A stretch of DNA of 63,642 nt, the filler included. It is 7 parts of 7 records of this genome, joined end to end, with 100 filler letters (N's around TTAATTAATTAA, not from the genome) between each part and the next. Parts side by side here need not be neighbours in the genome. Positions count along the whole stretch, not along the records: positions 32,214 to 46,329 come from DRR723986_22845; positions 46,430 to 54,483 come from DRR723986_22854; 5 more parts are not named here. The stretch is one strand, 5' to 3'. Below, piece after piece: positions 38,780 through 48,543 of this stretch; the first letter of the stretch is position 1; every line of letters begins with the position of its first letter. Made by a program: the position numbers and the translations under genes. The notes beneath the pieces are model-generated. The model was not told where the DNA came from. It saw nothing but the letters and a program-made list of their open reading frames with translations, and searched no databases.

Positions 38780-41737
38780 ATGTCTAAACCCAAAAATGAC
38801 GCCACTCAGCGGCAGTCACGCATAGCGGCTATCCTGAAACGACTTCAGCAGCTAAATCTTAACGATATTCCGGCCGACCAGAACACTCTAATATTGTCAC
38901 AGTCCGCACATATGGATTGGGACTGGCAATGTTGGTTCACGCAGCTGCAAGACGGAATATTCCCAGAGGTTCCTGCAAACTCAGTTAACGCCGCGTACTT
39001 TAACAACTATTCGCAAACTTCGCCTAACGCGCCTTCGAACTTCGTATTGAGTTGGGCCAAGAATCTTCTCGTACGGAACCCATTATACTACTACTCAGTC
39101 TGTGAAATGGCCTTTCTGAAAGCCTTTGCAGAGAACCCGGCCTACAAGGCGGCGTTTGATGAACTTAAACAAACTGGAAGACTGATGATTGTTGGTGGCG
39201 GCGTGACCTCACCGGAAAACCTGCTGCCCAACGGAGAAAGCATTCTGCGCAATTATCTGCGCGGAAAACAGTGGACAGATTCTGTTGGCCTGGAATGGAG
39301 CACCTGCATTTGGGTGCCGGATAATTTTGGCCATGATTCACAATTTCCGGTCCTGGTCCAGGCGCTGGGCGCTTCGTCAGTTGGTTTTGCGCGTATCAAT
39401 GGAGCCTGCAGTCAAACGCCGGTGAAGCTGAATCAAAGAGACTATGAAACGGCAAAGAACTACCTGCTGGGTGCCTATGTAAATGATCCGACTAAAAACA
39501 ACGACCCCGGCGGCGTTACGTTTTGGTGGCGCGCAAATGACGGATCCGAGGCACTGGCACATTGGATGCAAACCGGATATTACACGCAGGGTGACTCAAT
39601 AGACCATTCAGGATCAGATTACAATAGCCCCAACGCAAACATTGACTGCACCGGTGTCTATGCCTCAACTCCCAGCGAGCACTTAAACAACTATTGGAAC
39701 AACAACAATCCAGTTGCTCCGGGCCAGACTGCCTACGTTCAGGTGAGCATGGACTTTGCAATTCCGAAAGGTATCCAGTATAATGGAGACCGCGCAACTT
39801 TTGATGTTAATGATATCACCTACACCGATAACCTGCTGCAAATGGCCTCGGAGTGGAAAGACGCACCTGATGATGCGGTAGCAGTCGTTGGAAGTTTTGT
39901 GGACTACGTTAAATACGTATTGGAAAACAACACAAACAACTTGTTAACACGCAGTTTTGCGGGCGACGGCTCGGATGGAATCTACTCGTTTAAACCCACG
40001 CCTTACTGGATGGGGCACTATGCAAGCTGGCCGGAACTAAAAGGCATGAACTATCAGGGGACGCGCACTATTCTGGGCGCTGAGACCTTCCAGAAAATCG
40101 CTGAGCTGTTAAACCTGGCTGACAGCAGTAACAATCAAACTATCGACGCAGCATGGGACTGGTTGGTGCCAAGCACACATCACGATTACATTCCCGGTAC
40201 ATCCTGGAATGGTGTGCGCAATGCGGTAATTGACGGTGTGGAGAATGATCAGCTGCACTACAGTCTGAAAGCAATTTCGACGGGCAAAGACGCCACGTCC
40301 AATGCGCAGAACCCCATCGCCAAAGGCATTCTGGTTCCAACGGATGACTCGATGGTTGTGTTTAATCAACTGGGAGTTGCACGTGCAAATCAGGTAGTAG
40401 AAATTCTGGCTGATAATGGCGCCGCGAACCTTCCAAACGCTCCCGATGCGATTCAGGTTCTTAGTAATGGAGGCAGACTGGCACTTACAAGTGCTCCCAC
40501 TTTGGGATTTCAAGTGCAGTCGGCATATGCGCCCCCCGTGGTGCCGGTTTCGGTCGCTTCTGCCGGTTCGACGATTGAACTCGCAAATGAATATGTGCGT
40601 GTATTGATCAGTGAGTCCAGTGCTGAATTGACGGATTTGATTGATCGGCTTAGCAACCACAGCTATCTGGGTGAATTTGGCAACCGAATCAGCTTTTATG
40701 CTGATGGAGCGGACAGCTACTACTGGGGTTTTGAAAGCGACGGATACTTTACGCTTGTAGACTGCACTCCCGTGGTTCAGAATGTCATAGTTCTCGAGTC
40801 CGGTCCCCTGCGTAGCCGCGTGCAGTTTACGGTAGATTATATGGCCTCTTCCAATGCCGATGCGCCGCTACAGACATTAACACTTGAGTATGCCCTGCTC
40901 GCGGGCGAGCCATTTGTGCGTATGTCCGTCACTGGAAATGCGCCAAGCGGCTATTCGATGTTCACTGACTTTGAGTCTCCCAATTTCATTTCTTCGATTG
41001 ACCATGGTACGCCCTACCATTGGGACTCAAAACCGGCAGAGACCTTTCCCCTCAACGACGTAATGCCCACATTCCAGGCGGCGCACGACTTTGTGCTTGC
41101 GCGCGATACCAATGGAATCCAGGGCCTGACGGTATTGCTGGGAGCCGGCATGCCCAATGTTGCGTTAGACAATCTCAACTTGCCTGGCAGCTCAGTTGCA
41201 TGGGGTGTTAAGACCAACAGCCGCACTTTGACCGGTGGCCTGTACAGATGTGTTCAAGCCGACTACTCCAGTGCAAAAATGACAAACAATTCTGACGTGA
41301 CCATTCAATATGCGCTGGGAGTGCCAACCCAAATCAACGGTCCGGCAGCCGCACTGACGTCGGCGCGCGAATACAATACGCCGCTTCAGGCAATTGCACC
41401 AACAAAAGGTGAAGGCACGGACTATTCGGCAGGATTTGCACTTGCCCAAGTACAGGAGGGTGAACACACGCTGATCACGGCTGCAAAAGCTTCAATTAAC
41501 AATCCAGAAGGAGTGATTGTGCGTGTGTATCAGGGCAGCAACTCCGCACAAACAATAACGCTGGATTTTTCGACTATTCAAAAACTGATCGGCCAGCCAG
41601 GAATCCCACTTGTCGTTCAGATTGTCACAGCATTGGAAGAGCCGCTCGGCACGCCGGAGCCAACCAAATCAACCGGGCTGTATGAGTTGAAGGCTGACTA
41701 CGCAATTACAACGCTGCTGATCACAGCCGAGGAGTAA
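38780..41737 (+). CDS. Glycoside hydrolase family 38 (alpha-mannosidase-like), divergent
   Basis: SAHMDWDW (Zn ligands), GESILRN, WVPDNFGH (nucleophile Asp), FWWRANDGS, HHDYIPGTS, VFNQLG, ESGPLR. Confidence 0.85.
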   Translation: MSKPKNDATQRQSRIAAILKRLQQLNLNDIPADQNTLILSQSAHMDWDWQCWFTQLQDGIFPEVPANSVNAAYFNNYSQTSPNAPSNFVLSWAKNLLVRNPLYYYSVCEMAFLKAFAENPAYKAAFDELKQTGRLMIVGGGVTSPENLLPNGESILRNYLRGKQWTDSVGLEWSTCIWVPDNFGHDSQFPVLVQALGASSVGFARINGACSQTPVKLNQRDYETAKNYLLGAYVNDPTKNNDPGGVTFWWRANDGSEALAHWMQTGYYTQGDSIDHSGSDYNSPNANIDCTGVYASTPSEHLNNYWNNNNPVAPGQTAYVQVSMDFAIPKGIQYNGDRATFDVNDITYTDNLLQMASEWKDAPDDAVAVVGSFVDYVKYVLENNTNNLLTRSFAGDGSDGIYSFKPTPYWMGHYASWPELKGMNYQGTRTILGAETFQKIAELLNLADSSNNQTIDAAWDWLVPSTHHDYIPGTSWNGVRNAVIDGVENDQLHYSLKAISTGKDATSNAQNPIAKGILVPTDDSMVVFNQLGVARANQVVEILADNGAANLPNAPDAIQVLSNGGRLALTSAPTLGFQVQSAYAPPVVPVSVASAGSTIELANEYVRVLISESSAELTDLIDRLSNHSYLGEFGNRISFYADGADSYYWGFESDGYFTLVDCTPVVQNVIVLESGPLRSRVQFTVDYMASSNADAPLQTLTLEYALLAGEPFVRMSVTGNAPSGYSMFTDFESPNFISSIDHGTPYHWDSKPAETFPLNDVMPTFQAAHDFVLARDTNGIQGLTVLLGAGMPNVALDNLNLPGSSVAWGVKTNSRTLTGGLYRCVQADYSSAKMTNNSDVTIQYALGVPTQINGPAAALTSAREYNTPLQAIAPTKGEGTDYSAGFALAQVQEGEHTLITAAKASINNPEGVIVRVYQGSNSAQTITLDFSTIQKLIGQPGIPLVVQIVTALEEPLGTPEPTKSTGLYELKADYAITTLLITAEE

Positions 41738-41793
41738 AGCGGTGACAGTTTAAAAACAGCTGCAGACAATCTGTCGCCTAAACAATTGTTCAA

Positions 41794-41826
41794 CCCTTCG
41801 CCCGGTTTTGGCAGCCGGGCGAAGGA
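41794..41826 (+). terminator. Hairpin after the GH38 gene
   Basis: CCTTCGCCCGG-ttttggcag-CCGGGCGAAGG. Confidence 0.6.
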
Positions 41827-42119
41827 GATTAAACAAACATTCGAATCCCGAGATTCGGGTAAAATTAGGTTCAATTCGGTGTAGGGAGCTAGACTTTTGG
41901 CTCTAGAACGCTGGGGTTAATTGGATTAACTATGGCTGAAAACTGAAGGTGCGCTTGTGAGTTTTTAGCTGTGGGAAACATTGACTCTCTAAAATGCTGG
42001 TGGTTTTACGCTGGACGACAAACAAAACCTTCAAAAAAGGCGCGACCTGAAAAAGGGCGCAAGCCGCTCATACTTAAGCAACTGCGCCCTGAATGTTTGA
42101 GCATATTAAACAAATCCGA

Positions 42120-42152
42120 TTACTTGTCAAGCCACTTCAAAAACTGCGGTGT
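42120..42152 (-). repeat. Displaced copy of the last 11 codons of the LytTR regulator (att-like direct repeat)
   Basis: 29/33 identical to 42573-42605; both encode TPQFLKWLDK-stop. Confidence 0.85.
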
Positions 42153-42263
42153 GAATTTCGCGGGAGGCAAAAATGTTAGTTGAGAACAGTGCTCGTTTTG
42201 CGCCAGTAATGGCGAAAGGTGCCATATCAATAGATTGTTCTGCAGGTAGTTAATCTTCGCCTG

Positions 42264-42569
42264 CTACCCAAAAGCCAGGAACGACAAAATCCATGCGAAG
42301 AAAATGTGAAAAGCGGCCAGAAAGATGTTAAGTATTTTCCAGTTTGACCATTCCAACTTAATCGATAGCAGCTGGAGAGATATGGCCACGATCTGCAATA
42401 GTACGGCAATCACAGCTGCTGGTACTAAGAGATCTCCTAAGCCACCGAGAGCTCCGCCCGATCCACTGCTGGCCGAAAAAATCAGTTTCAGGTGCAAAAT
42501 TGCACACCATACAAACGCAATCGCTGAAATTGCTACGGAAACAGAATATGGTTTGATGATTAACCTCAC
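42264..42569 (-). CDS. Small hypothetical membrane protein (about 3 TM)
   Basis: 101-aa hydrophobic ORF between the two direct repeats; GTG start is uncertain. Confidence 0.55.
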   Translation of the reverse strand: MRLIIKPYSVSVAISAIAFVWCAILHLKLIFSASSGSGGALGGLGDLLVPAAVIAVLLQIVAISLQLLSIKLEWSNWKILNIFLAAFHIFFAWILSFLAFG

Positions 42570-42572
42570 TCA

Positions 42573-43385
42573 TCATTTGTCAAGCCACTTCAAAAACTGT
42601 GGCGTTTTCTCGCGCGAAATAATGATATCGGTTAAGAACTCAGGCTGAACGTGAATTTTGAGGCGACTGTTCTGGTAGGTCACAATCTTGCGAATGGACG
42701 TGATCTTGGTAATAATTTTGCGGTTGGCACGGAAGAAAATCTTGGGGTCCAGCAGCGACTCCAGCTCCTCCAGTGTGTAGTCAATAATGTATTTACGGCG
42801 ATCGTTATCCACCAGATAGGTGATTTTGCCCTCGGCGTAAATGTAGGCAATTTCCTCCACCGCCTTAAACTTGATAACCTCACCGGCTTTAATCAAAAAG
42901 CGCTTTTTGTGGTTACGTGTTAAACTCTGCAACACAGCCTGCATCGAAGTTATATCAAGCGCTTCGCCTTTTTGATCATCGCTTGTTGCGGGTGCAACAT
43001 CCGTATCAACAGCGTCCGCCGGCGCCGCAACTTTGAGTGCGCGGAATTTGTCAATCGCGGCAGTCAGCTCTTCGTATTTGATTGGCTTGAGCAAATAGTC
43101 GATGCTGTTAACCTTAAAGGCCTTGATTGCATACTGGTCATAGGCGGTTGTAAAGATGACGGGCGCAGTGACTTTAACATCATTAAAAATGTCAAAACTG
43201 ATGCCGTCCGAAAGATGGATATCCAGAAATATCAGGTCGATATCATCGTGTTTTCCCAGAAACTCAACGGCTTCTTCTACGGAGTCGATCGTATCAACAA
43301 TTTCAAACGATTCATCATAACGTTTGATGAACTGCGCCAGCTGCGCGGCTGCAGGCGTCTCATCTTCCACAATCAGCATTCTCAT
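42573..43385 (-). CDS. LytTR-family response regulator
   Basis: LIVEDE, IFLDIHLSDG, IFTTAYDQYA, DYLLKP; LytTR LEELESLLDPKIFFRANR. Confidence 0.95.
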   Translation of the reverse strand: MRMLIVEDETPAAAQLAQFIKRYDESFEIVDTIDSVEEAVEFLGKHDDIDLIFLDIHLSDGISFDIFNDVKVTAPVIFTTAYDQYAIKAFKVNSIDYLLKPIKYEELTAAIDKFRALKVAAPADAVDTDVAPATSDDQKGEALDITSMQAVLQSLTRNHKKRFLIKAGEVIKFKAVEEIAYIYAEGKITYLVDNDRRKYIIDYTLEELESLLDPKIFFRANRKIITKITSIRKIVTYQNSRLKIHVQPEFLTDIIISREKTPQFLKWLDK

Positions 43386-44434
43386 ATCTTGTACTCCGAG
43401 AACAGTAGAGGCAGTTTTACCGTAAAGTATTCGCCACAATCGTCAACTTTGATTTCATGGCTGCTGAGAAACTGATAACGTTTTTCGATATTTTTGAGGC
43501 CAATTTGAGTCGACGGCTGCGTGTACATTTTGCGCTGCAAGTTGTTGCGCACCACCAAGTTTTCGCCGTCTTCCACAAAGATTTCAATTTTGAGTGGCCG
43601 TTTGTTGGCGACCACATTGTGTTTAATCGCATTCTCAATTAACATCTGCAGCGTCACCGGCGGAATCATACTACAGCAGGAGTATTGCTCAGGCACGTTG
43701 ATGTCGATTGAGATACTGTCGGCAAAGCGCGTTTTGAGCAGGAAGAGATAGGAGTTGGCGAACTCAATTTCCACCTGCAAGTCCACCAGCTCGTCATCCT
43801 GATGTGAAATCATGTAACGATACACGCTGGAAAGGCGATGCACAAATTCCGAAGCCACGGCGGTGTCGGTCTGCATAAGCGTCGCCAGCGTATTCAGGCT
43901 GTTGAACAGGAAGTGCGGATTAACCTGTGTCCGCAAAGCTTCAAACTGCGATTCGACGCTCATTTTTTTGAAACGCTCGGCTTCGAGCATGCTGTCCTTC
44001 CACTTGGTCATGTAGAAGTAGACGGCGTTACCGGCATGCATGAGGTTCATGAGCAGGAAACAGAAGACGCTGAGCAGTTTGACTGAGGGCGAGACTTCTT
44101 CAAAGGTCAGCGGCGTAAACTGCACAATCAGAAGTGCTGGCAGCACAACCACAACACCCACGGAATATAGTACCGCAGGTGGGAAGGTGGCAAAGAAGCG
44201 CCGCCACATAGTTTTGACGTCGGTGTAATCCGGCCGGATGTATCTGTCCACAACCCGAATGATCAGTCTGTTCCCTTCCCATACAGAAAGTACCAGGAAC
44301 AGAGTGAGCACAAACAGGCCTGCGTCGCTAAACTGAAATCTGATCAGGTCGGCGACGTGCACAAATTCGAACACACCGAAGAAGAAAATCGATGTGAACA
44401 GGATTACCAGATAACGGAATCGAAATTCCAGCAT
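43382..44434 (-). CDS. LytS-type sensor histidine kinase
   Basis: N-terminal TMs; QVNPHFLFNSLNTL, LQMLIENAIKHN, IGLKNI; ATGA overlap with the regulator; start could be 44476. Confidence 0.93.
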   Translation of the reverse strand: MLEFRFRYLVILFTSIFFFGVFEFVHVADLIRFQFSDAGLFVLTLFLVLSVWEGNRLIIRVVDRYIRPDYTDVKTMWRRFFATFPPAVLYSVGVVVVLPALLIVQFTPLTFEEVSPSVKLLSVFCFLLMNLMHAGNAVYFYMTKWKDSMLEAERFKKMSVESQFEALRTQVNPHFLFNSLNTLATLMQTDTAVASEFVHRLSSVYRYMISHQDDELVDLQVEIEFANSYLFLLKTRFADSISIDINVPEQYSCCSMIPPVTLQMLIENAIKHNVVANKRPLKIEIFVEDGENLVVRNNLQRKMYTQPSTQIGLKNIEKRYQFLSSHEIKVDDCGEYFTVKLPLLFSEYKI

Positions 44435-44898
44435 CGCGCTTGAGTCCGCTTGATATTGCAGTACACTGGAACCCATAACCGAACCAATCAGAGTTTTAGT
44501 CTATCCAGGCCAATTTTACCTTCCCTGCACGGACCTCGCACAGCGGACTTTTTGGACGTTCGCAAAGTAGTTCCGTTCAGTGGGCCGGACCTAGTTTAAA
44601 GCCTTGAATCGACCTAATGGCGTTATGACCATGCTCAGGGGGGCAGCGAAATCGTTGGCATCCGCCGTCAAACTTGATCAATACATACCACAATGCGTGT
44701 TTGTGTGCCTTGGGCAGACGGCTACGAGCGGGCTAAAATCGCAGTGCCGCATGCCCCAGCGCAGCCGCTGAATTGCTTCAAAGGCGGGGCCGTCTTTGCG
44801 CATCGCGCGCCGATTCGGTAGTTTTGTACGGCAACGGGTTTGTGACGCTATAGGGACGTCCCCGTGTTCTCTGCCTCAGTTTATAAGGATAAAGTGCT

Positions 44899-45675
44899 TT
44901 GACCAAACTAAGTGTAAATCTTAACAAAGTCGCCTTGCTGCGCAACACGCGTGAGAGCGGCCTGCCCAGCGTTGTACATGCCGGAACAACAGTCCTGGCC
45001 GCCGGAGCTGACGGCCTGACAGTCCATCCGCGCCCTGACCTGCGCCATATCACGCCATCTGACGTCCGACAGCTTGGGCCACTGTGTATGCAAGACGGCA
45101 GTGCTCTGGAGTATAATATCGAAGGTAATCCCTTTGCCGGACCAGACGACAAGTATCCCGGCTTCATGGAGCTGATTCGCGAGATGCGTCCACATCAGTG
45201 CACTTTGGTTCCGGACTCCCCGGAGCAGGCGACTTCGGACCACGGCTGGACATTTCCCGACGATGCTGCGCGCCTGCAGCCTGTAGTTGCAGAGTTAAAA
45301 TCCCTGGGCATCCGCGTAGCGCTGTTTATGGATCCAATTGCGGAAATGATGCCGGCCATAAAAACACTCGGCTGTGACAGAATTGAACTGTATACGGGGC
45401 CATACGCAGATGCATTTGGAACTTCCACGCAGAATGCGGTTCTTGAGCGTTATACCGTAGCCGGTAAAGCAGCGCTGGACGCAGGCTTACGTGTCAACGC
45501 TGGCCACGACCTGGACTTAAACAACCTCGGTCCCCTGCTCTCTGCAGTCACAGTCGATGAAGTCAGCATTGGTCATGCTTTGACGTCCGACGCGCTCTAC
45601 ATGGGTTTATATGGTGCTGTACGTGCCTACAACAGTATTATCAGGTCAGTAAATTCGGTTGCAGGCAAAAATTGA
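44899..45675 (+). CDS. pdxJ: Pyridoxine 5'-phosphate synthase
   Basis: LSVNLNKVALLRN, TVHPRPD, NIEGNP, IELYTG, NAGHDL, EVSIGHAL. Confidence 0.96.
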   Translation: MTKLSVNLNKVALLRNTRESGLPSVVHAGTTVLAAGADGLTVHPRPDLRHITPSDVRQLGPLCMQDGSALEYNIEGNPFAGPDDKYPGFMELIREMRPHQCTLVPDSPEQATSDHGWTFPDDAARLQPVVAELKSLGIRVALFMDPIAEMMPAIKTLGCDRIELYTGPYADAFGTSTQNAVLERYTVAGKAALDAGLRVNAGHDLDLNNLGPLLSAVTVDEVSIGHALTSDALYMGLYGAVRAYNSIIRSVNSVAGKN

Positions 45676-45768
45676 TGTTCTCCTTGCGGACCAGCAAAGC
45701 CATTTTTGTTAGTCTCCGCTTCATCAACTTCACTTCAATCAGTCTAAAAGTATTTTTGTGAGGATCCT

Positions 45769-46083
45769 ATGAAAAGCACAACCCAAAACGAATTCTCCGA
45801 GCACGAAATCGTACAGACTTTGGGCATTGTACGTGGCAGTACCATCCGCGCACGCCATGTAGGGCGCGATATTATGGCCGGCCTCAAATCAATTGTAGGC
45901 GGTGAAATCAAAGACTACACCAAAATGATGGACCAGTCACGCGAAGAAGCACTGGACCGCATGGAGGACGCCGCCCGCGAGCTAAACGCCGACGGCGTAG
46001 TCTGTGTCCGTTTTGCCACTGCCGACGTCATGCAGAACGCGGCCGAGGTAATGGCCTACGGCACAGCTGTTCGTTTTAAGTAA
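45769..46083 (+). CDS. YbjQ/UPF0145 family protein
   Basis: GRDIMAGLKSIVGGE, SREEALDRM, AYGTAV. Confidence 0.92.
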   Translation: MKSTTQNEFSEHEIVQTLGIVRGSTIRARHVGRDIMAGLKSIVGGEIKDYTKMMDQSREEALDRMEDAARELNADGVVCVRFATADVMQNAAEVMAYGTAVRFK

Positions 46084-46269
46084 GGTACCCGATCATACAG
46101 ATTTAGCCGCTTAGACCGCAGCCAGGTCACGCCCAGCGCTCCTGCAGGTGTGGTTTGACGATCTGTAGGCATTTGCCACATTCCGATTTCTGTGGCATTG
46201 AGATGTCTCAATTTCAGACAAGCAAAATTAGGTGATGTGAATATGAGTCATGGCACGGGAAATCTGAAC

Positions 46270-46329
46270 TCTGGGCAAGGTTCTGGGCAAAACTCTGGCC
46301 AAGGATCTGGGCAAGGATCTGGGCAAGGA
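46270..46329 (+). repeat. 12-bp tandem repeat (TCTGGGCAAGGA x5), possibly SGQG repeats of a truncated CDS starting at 46243
   Basis: Five units run to the contig end; in frame with ATG 46243 (MSHGTGNLNSGQGSGQNSGQG...). Confidence 0.7.
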
Positions 46330-46429
46330 NNNNNNNNNNNNNNNNNNNNNNNNNNNNNNNNNNNNNNNNNNNNTTAATTAATTAANNNNNNNNNNNNNNN
46401 NNNNNNNNNNNNNNNNNNNNNNNNNNNNN
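46330..46429. other. Artificial contig spacer
   Basis: N44-TTAATTAATTAA-N44. Confidence 0.99.
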
Positions 46430-46460
46430 CCACACCACCTGTTAGCCTGTGGCTAACAGC

Positions 46461-46706
46461 TTAGTTTTTGTGGGCTGGAGCATCTGCGTCCAAATCCTCC
46501 GCCAGAACCGCCACTTCCTGCCCCATAAACTGAACCCTATCCCCCGGCCTGCACTTCCTGCGCTTGCGCGACTCCTCTTCCCCATTCACAAATACCTGCG
46601 CATCCTCCACCATTATCTTGGCCTCCGCACCACTGGAAACCAAGCCGGTAGCTTTGAGCAGTTTAATCAGCTCGATGTATTCACCCTTGATCGCAAACTC
46701 AATCAT
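46461..46706 (-). CDS. RNA-binding S4-domain protein (YaaA/YbcJ-like)
   Basis: YIELIKLLKATGLVSSGAEAK...VFVNGEEESRKRRK...GDRV. Confidence 0.92.
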   Translation of the reverse strand: MIEFAIKGEYIELIKLLKATGLVSSGAEAKIMVEDAQVFVNGEEESRKRRKCRPGDRVQFMGQEVAVLAEDLDADAPAHKN

Positions 46707-47323
46707 CGTCTTCGTTTCCTTCCCACCGCTACTTCATCCCCGGGCAACTTCTCGGCCAGGATAGCATAGGGCGGGTTATTCGGTCTGTTTAACTGTTGAT
46801 ATTGCACAATGTGCCACCGGCTCGCATCGCGAACGCGGCACCATTCGTCTACGGCGGCGGCCTCAGCAGCGCCACCGGAATGTCCACTATATACGACAAT
46901 CGTCAGCAGGCCGCCCGGAGCTAAAAACGCGGCGCAGGCATCAAGTGCTTTTAAGGTGCTGGTCGGTGTCGTGATGACTTCCTTGTCGCTACCGGGCAAA
47001 TAGCCAAGATTAAACATCGCCGCATTAATCTTGCCGCGCATAAACTCAGGCGTTAATTCAAGCAGGTCCGCGTGGTTGCCCTGTTGAACTTCAACTGAGC
47101 CGCCAAAACCAGCATCTGCGGCGCGCGCTTGCGTCGCCGCCACCGCTGTGGCCTGCACGTCTAGCGCAAATACTTTCCCCTGACGGCCGACACAGCGGGC
47201 CAGAAAAACAGTATCACGTCCATTACCTGCAGTAGCGTCGAGTGCCAGATCGCCCGGTCTAAGGCGCAAACTCAGCACGTCCTGCACATAGTCCAGTGGT
47301 TTTGTTAAGCGCGTTGCAACCAT
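46703..47323 (-). CDS. Class I SAM methyltransferase, MnmM/YtqB ('putative rRNA methylase') family
   Basis: DATAGNGRDT, DVQ, MFNLGYLPGSDK, YSGHSGGAAE, NNPP. Confidence 0.88.
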   Translation of the reverse strand: MVATRLTKPLDYVQDVLSLRLRPGDLALDATAGNGRDTVFLARCVGRQGKVFALDVQATAVAATQARAADAGFGGSVEVQQGNHADLLELTPEFMRGKINAAMFNLGYLPGSDKEVITTPTSTLKALDACAAFLAPGGLLTIVVYSGHSGGAAEAAAVDEWCRVRDASRWHIVQYQQLNRPNNPPYAILAEKLPGDEVAVGRKRRR

Positions 47324-48384
47324 GCCTTTTTCCATCGTTTTAAAAATCTGGCCACATCGATCGATTCCGGCAGCGGCCGGCCATTCATGCTGTAATCAAG
47401 CAGACGCCCAGCCATCCACGGCGCCTGTAACACACCTTTTGAGCCCAGACCATTTAATATCAAGATCCGCCTGTCGTATGGCACCGCACCAACAACCGCT
47501 ACATTGTCAAGCGTGTTCGGCCGCAGCCCGGCGCGATGTTCCACTGTCTCAAACTCCTGGCGCAACATCGCGCGGATATCATTCTCAATTGCCACACGCT
47601 CAGCAGCACCGCGTTTGGGCACCACTTCATTGTGCACATATGAAGCACCGACACGGAACAATCTTTCACCCAAGGGCACCAGAAAACGCGCACCATGGTA
47701 GATTTCTGTTAACTGCGAAGGTTTCGCCGTACGGATTGTCAGCACGTCTCCGCGTGTGGCCTTAAACGGCACGTAATCAAAAGGCCCCTGTTTAAGTGCG
47801 GCAGGCCCCGTACAAAATATTATGTTGCGCGCCTGTACATCACGCCAGCGGATGCAGTCGTCCGTTATGTTTAATTCTTCGCTGTTAAACGTTGTTTCCT
47901 GGAGTCGCCCCTGCTGCAGGTTCGCCAAGCGCATACTGTCCACCATTTTGGCTGTGTCCAGCCAGCCGCCGCCCTTAACTTCAATACCGCCTCGTGGCGC
48001 ATTGATTTCATGCGGAAAGTCATGTGGCTCCAGATACGGCCCCAAAAACTCGCGGCCCGTGGCCGTACCGCGCTGCGCCAGCCAGCGCTCGCGTTGCAGC
48101 GAAGACTTAAACACTCGAAACACGCGCCGCGGATGATAAAACTGTGCGCCAACATACTTTTCCATCTGCGGATACACATTCTGCGCACTGCTCAGCGTCT
48201 CGTGCGCAAACAGCCCGCGGCTCACATGTAAACCCGTCAGTGGTGCCCAGATTCCGGCGGCAACGCGCGATGAAATCTCTGTGTCTTTGCGGTCTACAAT
48301 CAGATACCGCAAACCGCGACGCTGCATCTCAAAGCTGAGCAGCGTTCCGGCTATCCCCTGGCCTATGATCAGATAATCAAGCAT
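47305..48384 (-). CDS. FAD-dependent oxidoreductase (DAO family, MnmC oxidase-domain-like)
   Basis: IIGQGIAG, SSRVAAG, RGDVL, GASY, AGLRP, NGLGSKG. Confidence 0.85.
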   Translation of the reverse strand: MLDYLIIGQGIAGTLLSFEMQRRGLRYLIVDRKDTEISSRVAAGIWAPLTGLHVSRGLFAHETLSSAQNVYPQMEKYVGAQFYHPRRVFRVFKSSLQRERWLAQRGTATGREFLGPYLEPHDFPHEINAPRGGIEVKGGGWLDTAKMVDSMRLANLQQGRLQETTFNSEELNITDDCIRWRDVQARNIIFCTGPAALKQGPFDYVPFKATRGDVLTIRTAKPSQLTEIYHGARFLVPLGERLFRVGASYVHNEVVPKRGAAERVAIENDIRAMLRQEFETVEHRAGLRPNTLDNVAVVGAVPYDRRILILNGLGSKGVLQAPWMAGRLLDYSMNGRPLPESIDVARFLKRWKKAWLQRA

Positions 48385-48543
48385 CGATACCCGGAACGTT
48401 AAACCACAGAGTTAACATTTTCCCAAGATTAATTCCAGGCTTAGCGTCCTGCGGCGCAATCAACATACAGCAGTCTGCATGTTGATTTAACAAAATGCGG
48501 CAAGCCTGCTGTTAACCAAGCGAACACAAAAGACCGGGCAAGT

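Noticed and set aside
42153..42263. Integron attC site after the small membrane gene
   Set aside because: No complementary RYYYAAC/GTTRRRY ends and no extended hairpin found
42120..42605. Diversity-generating retroelement TR/VR interpretation of the direct repeat
   Set aside because: Only 33 bp; differences are silent and go both A-to-G and G-to-A; no reverse transcriptase in the contig
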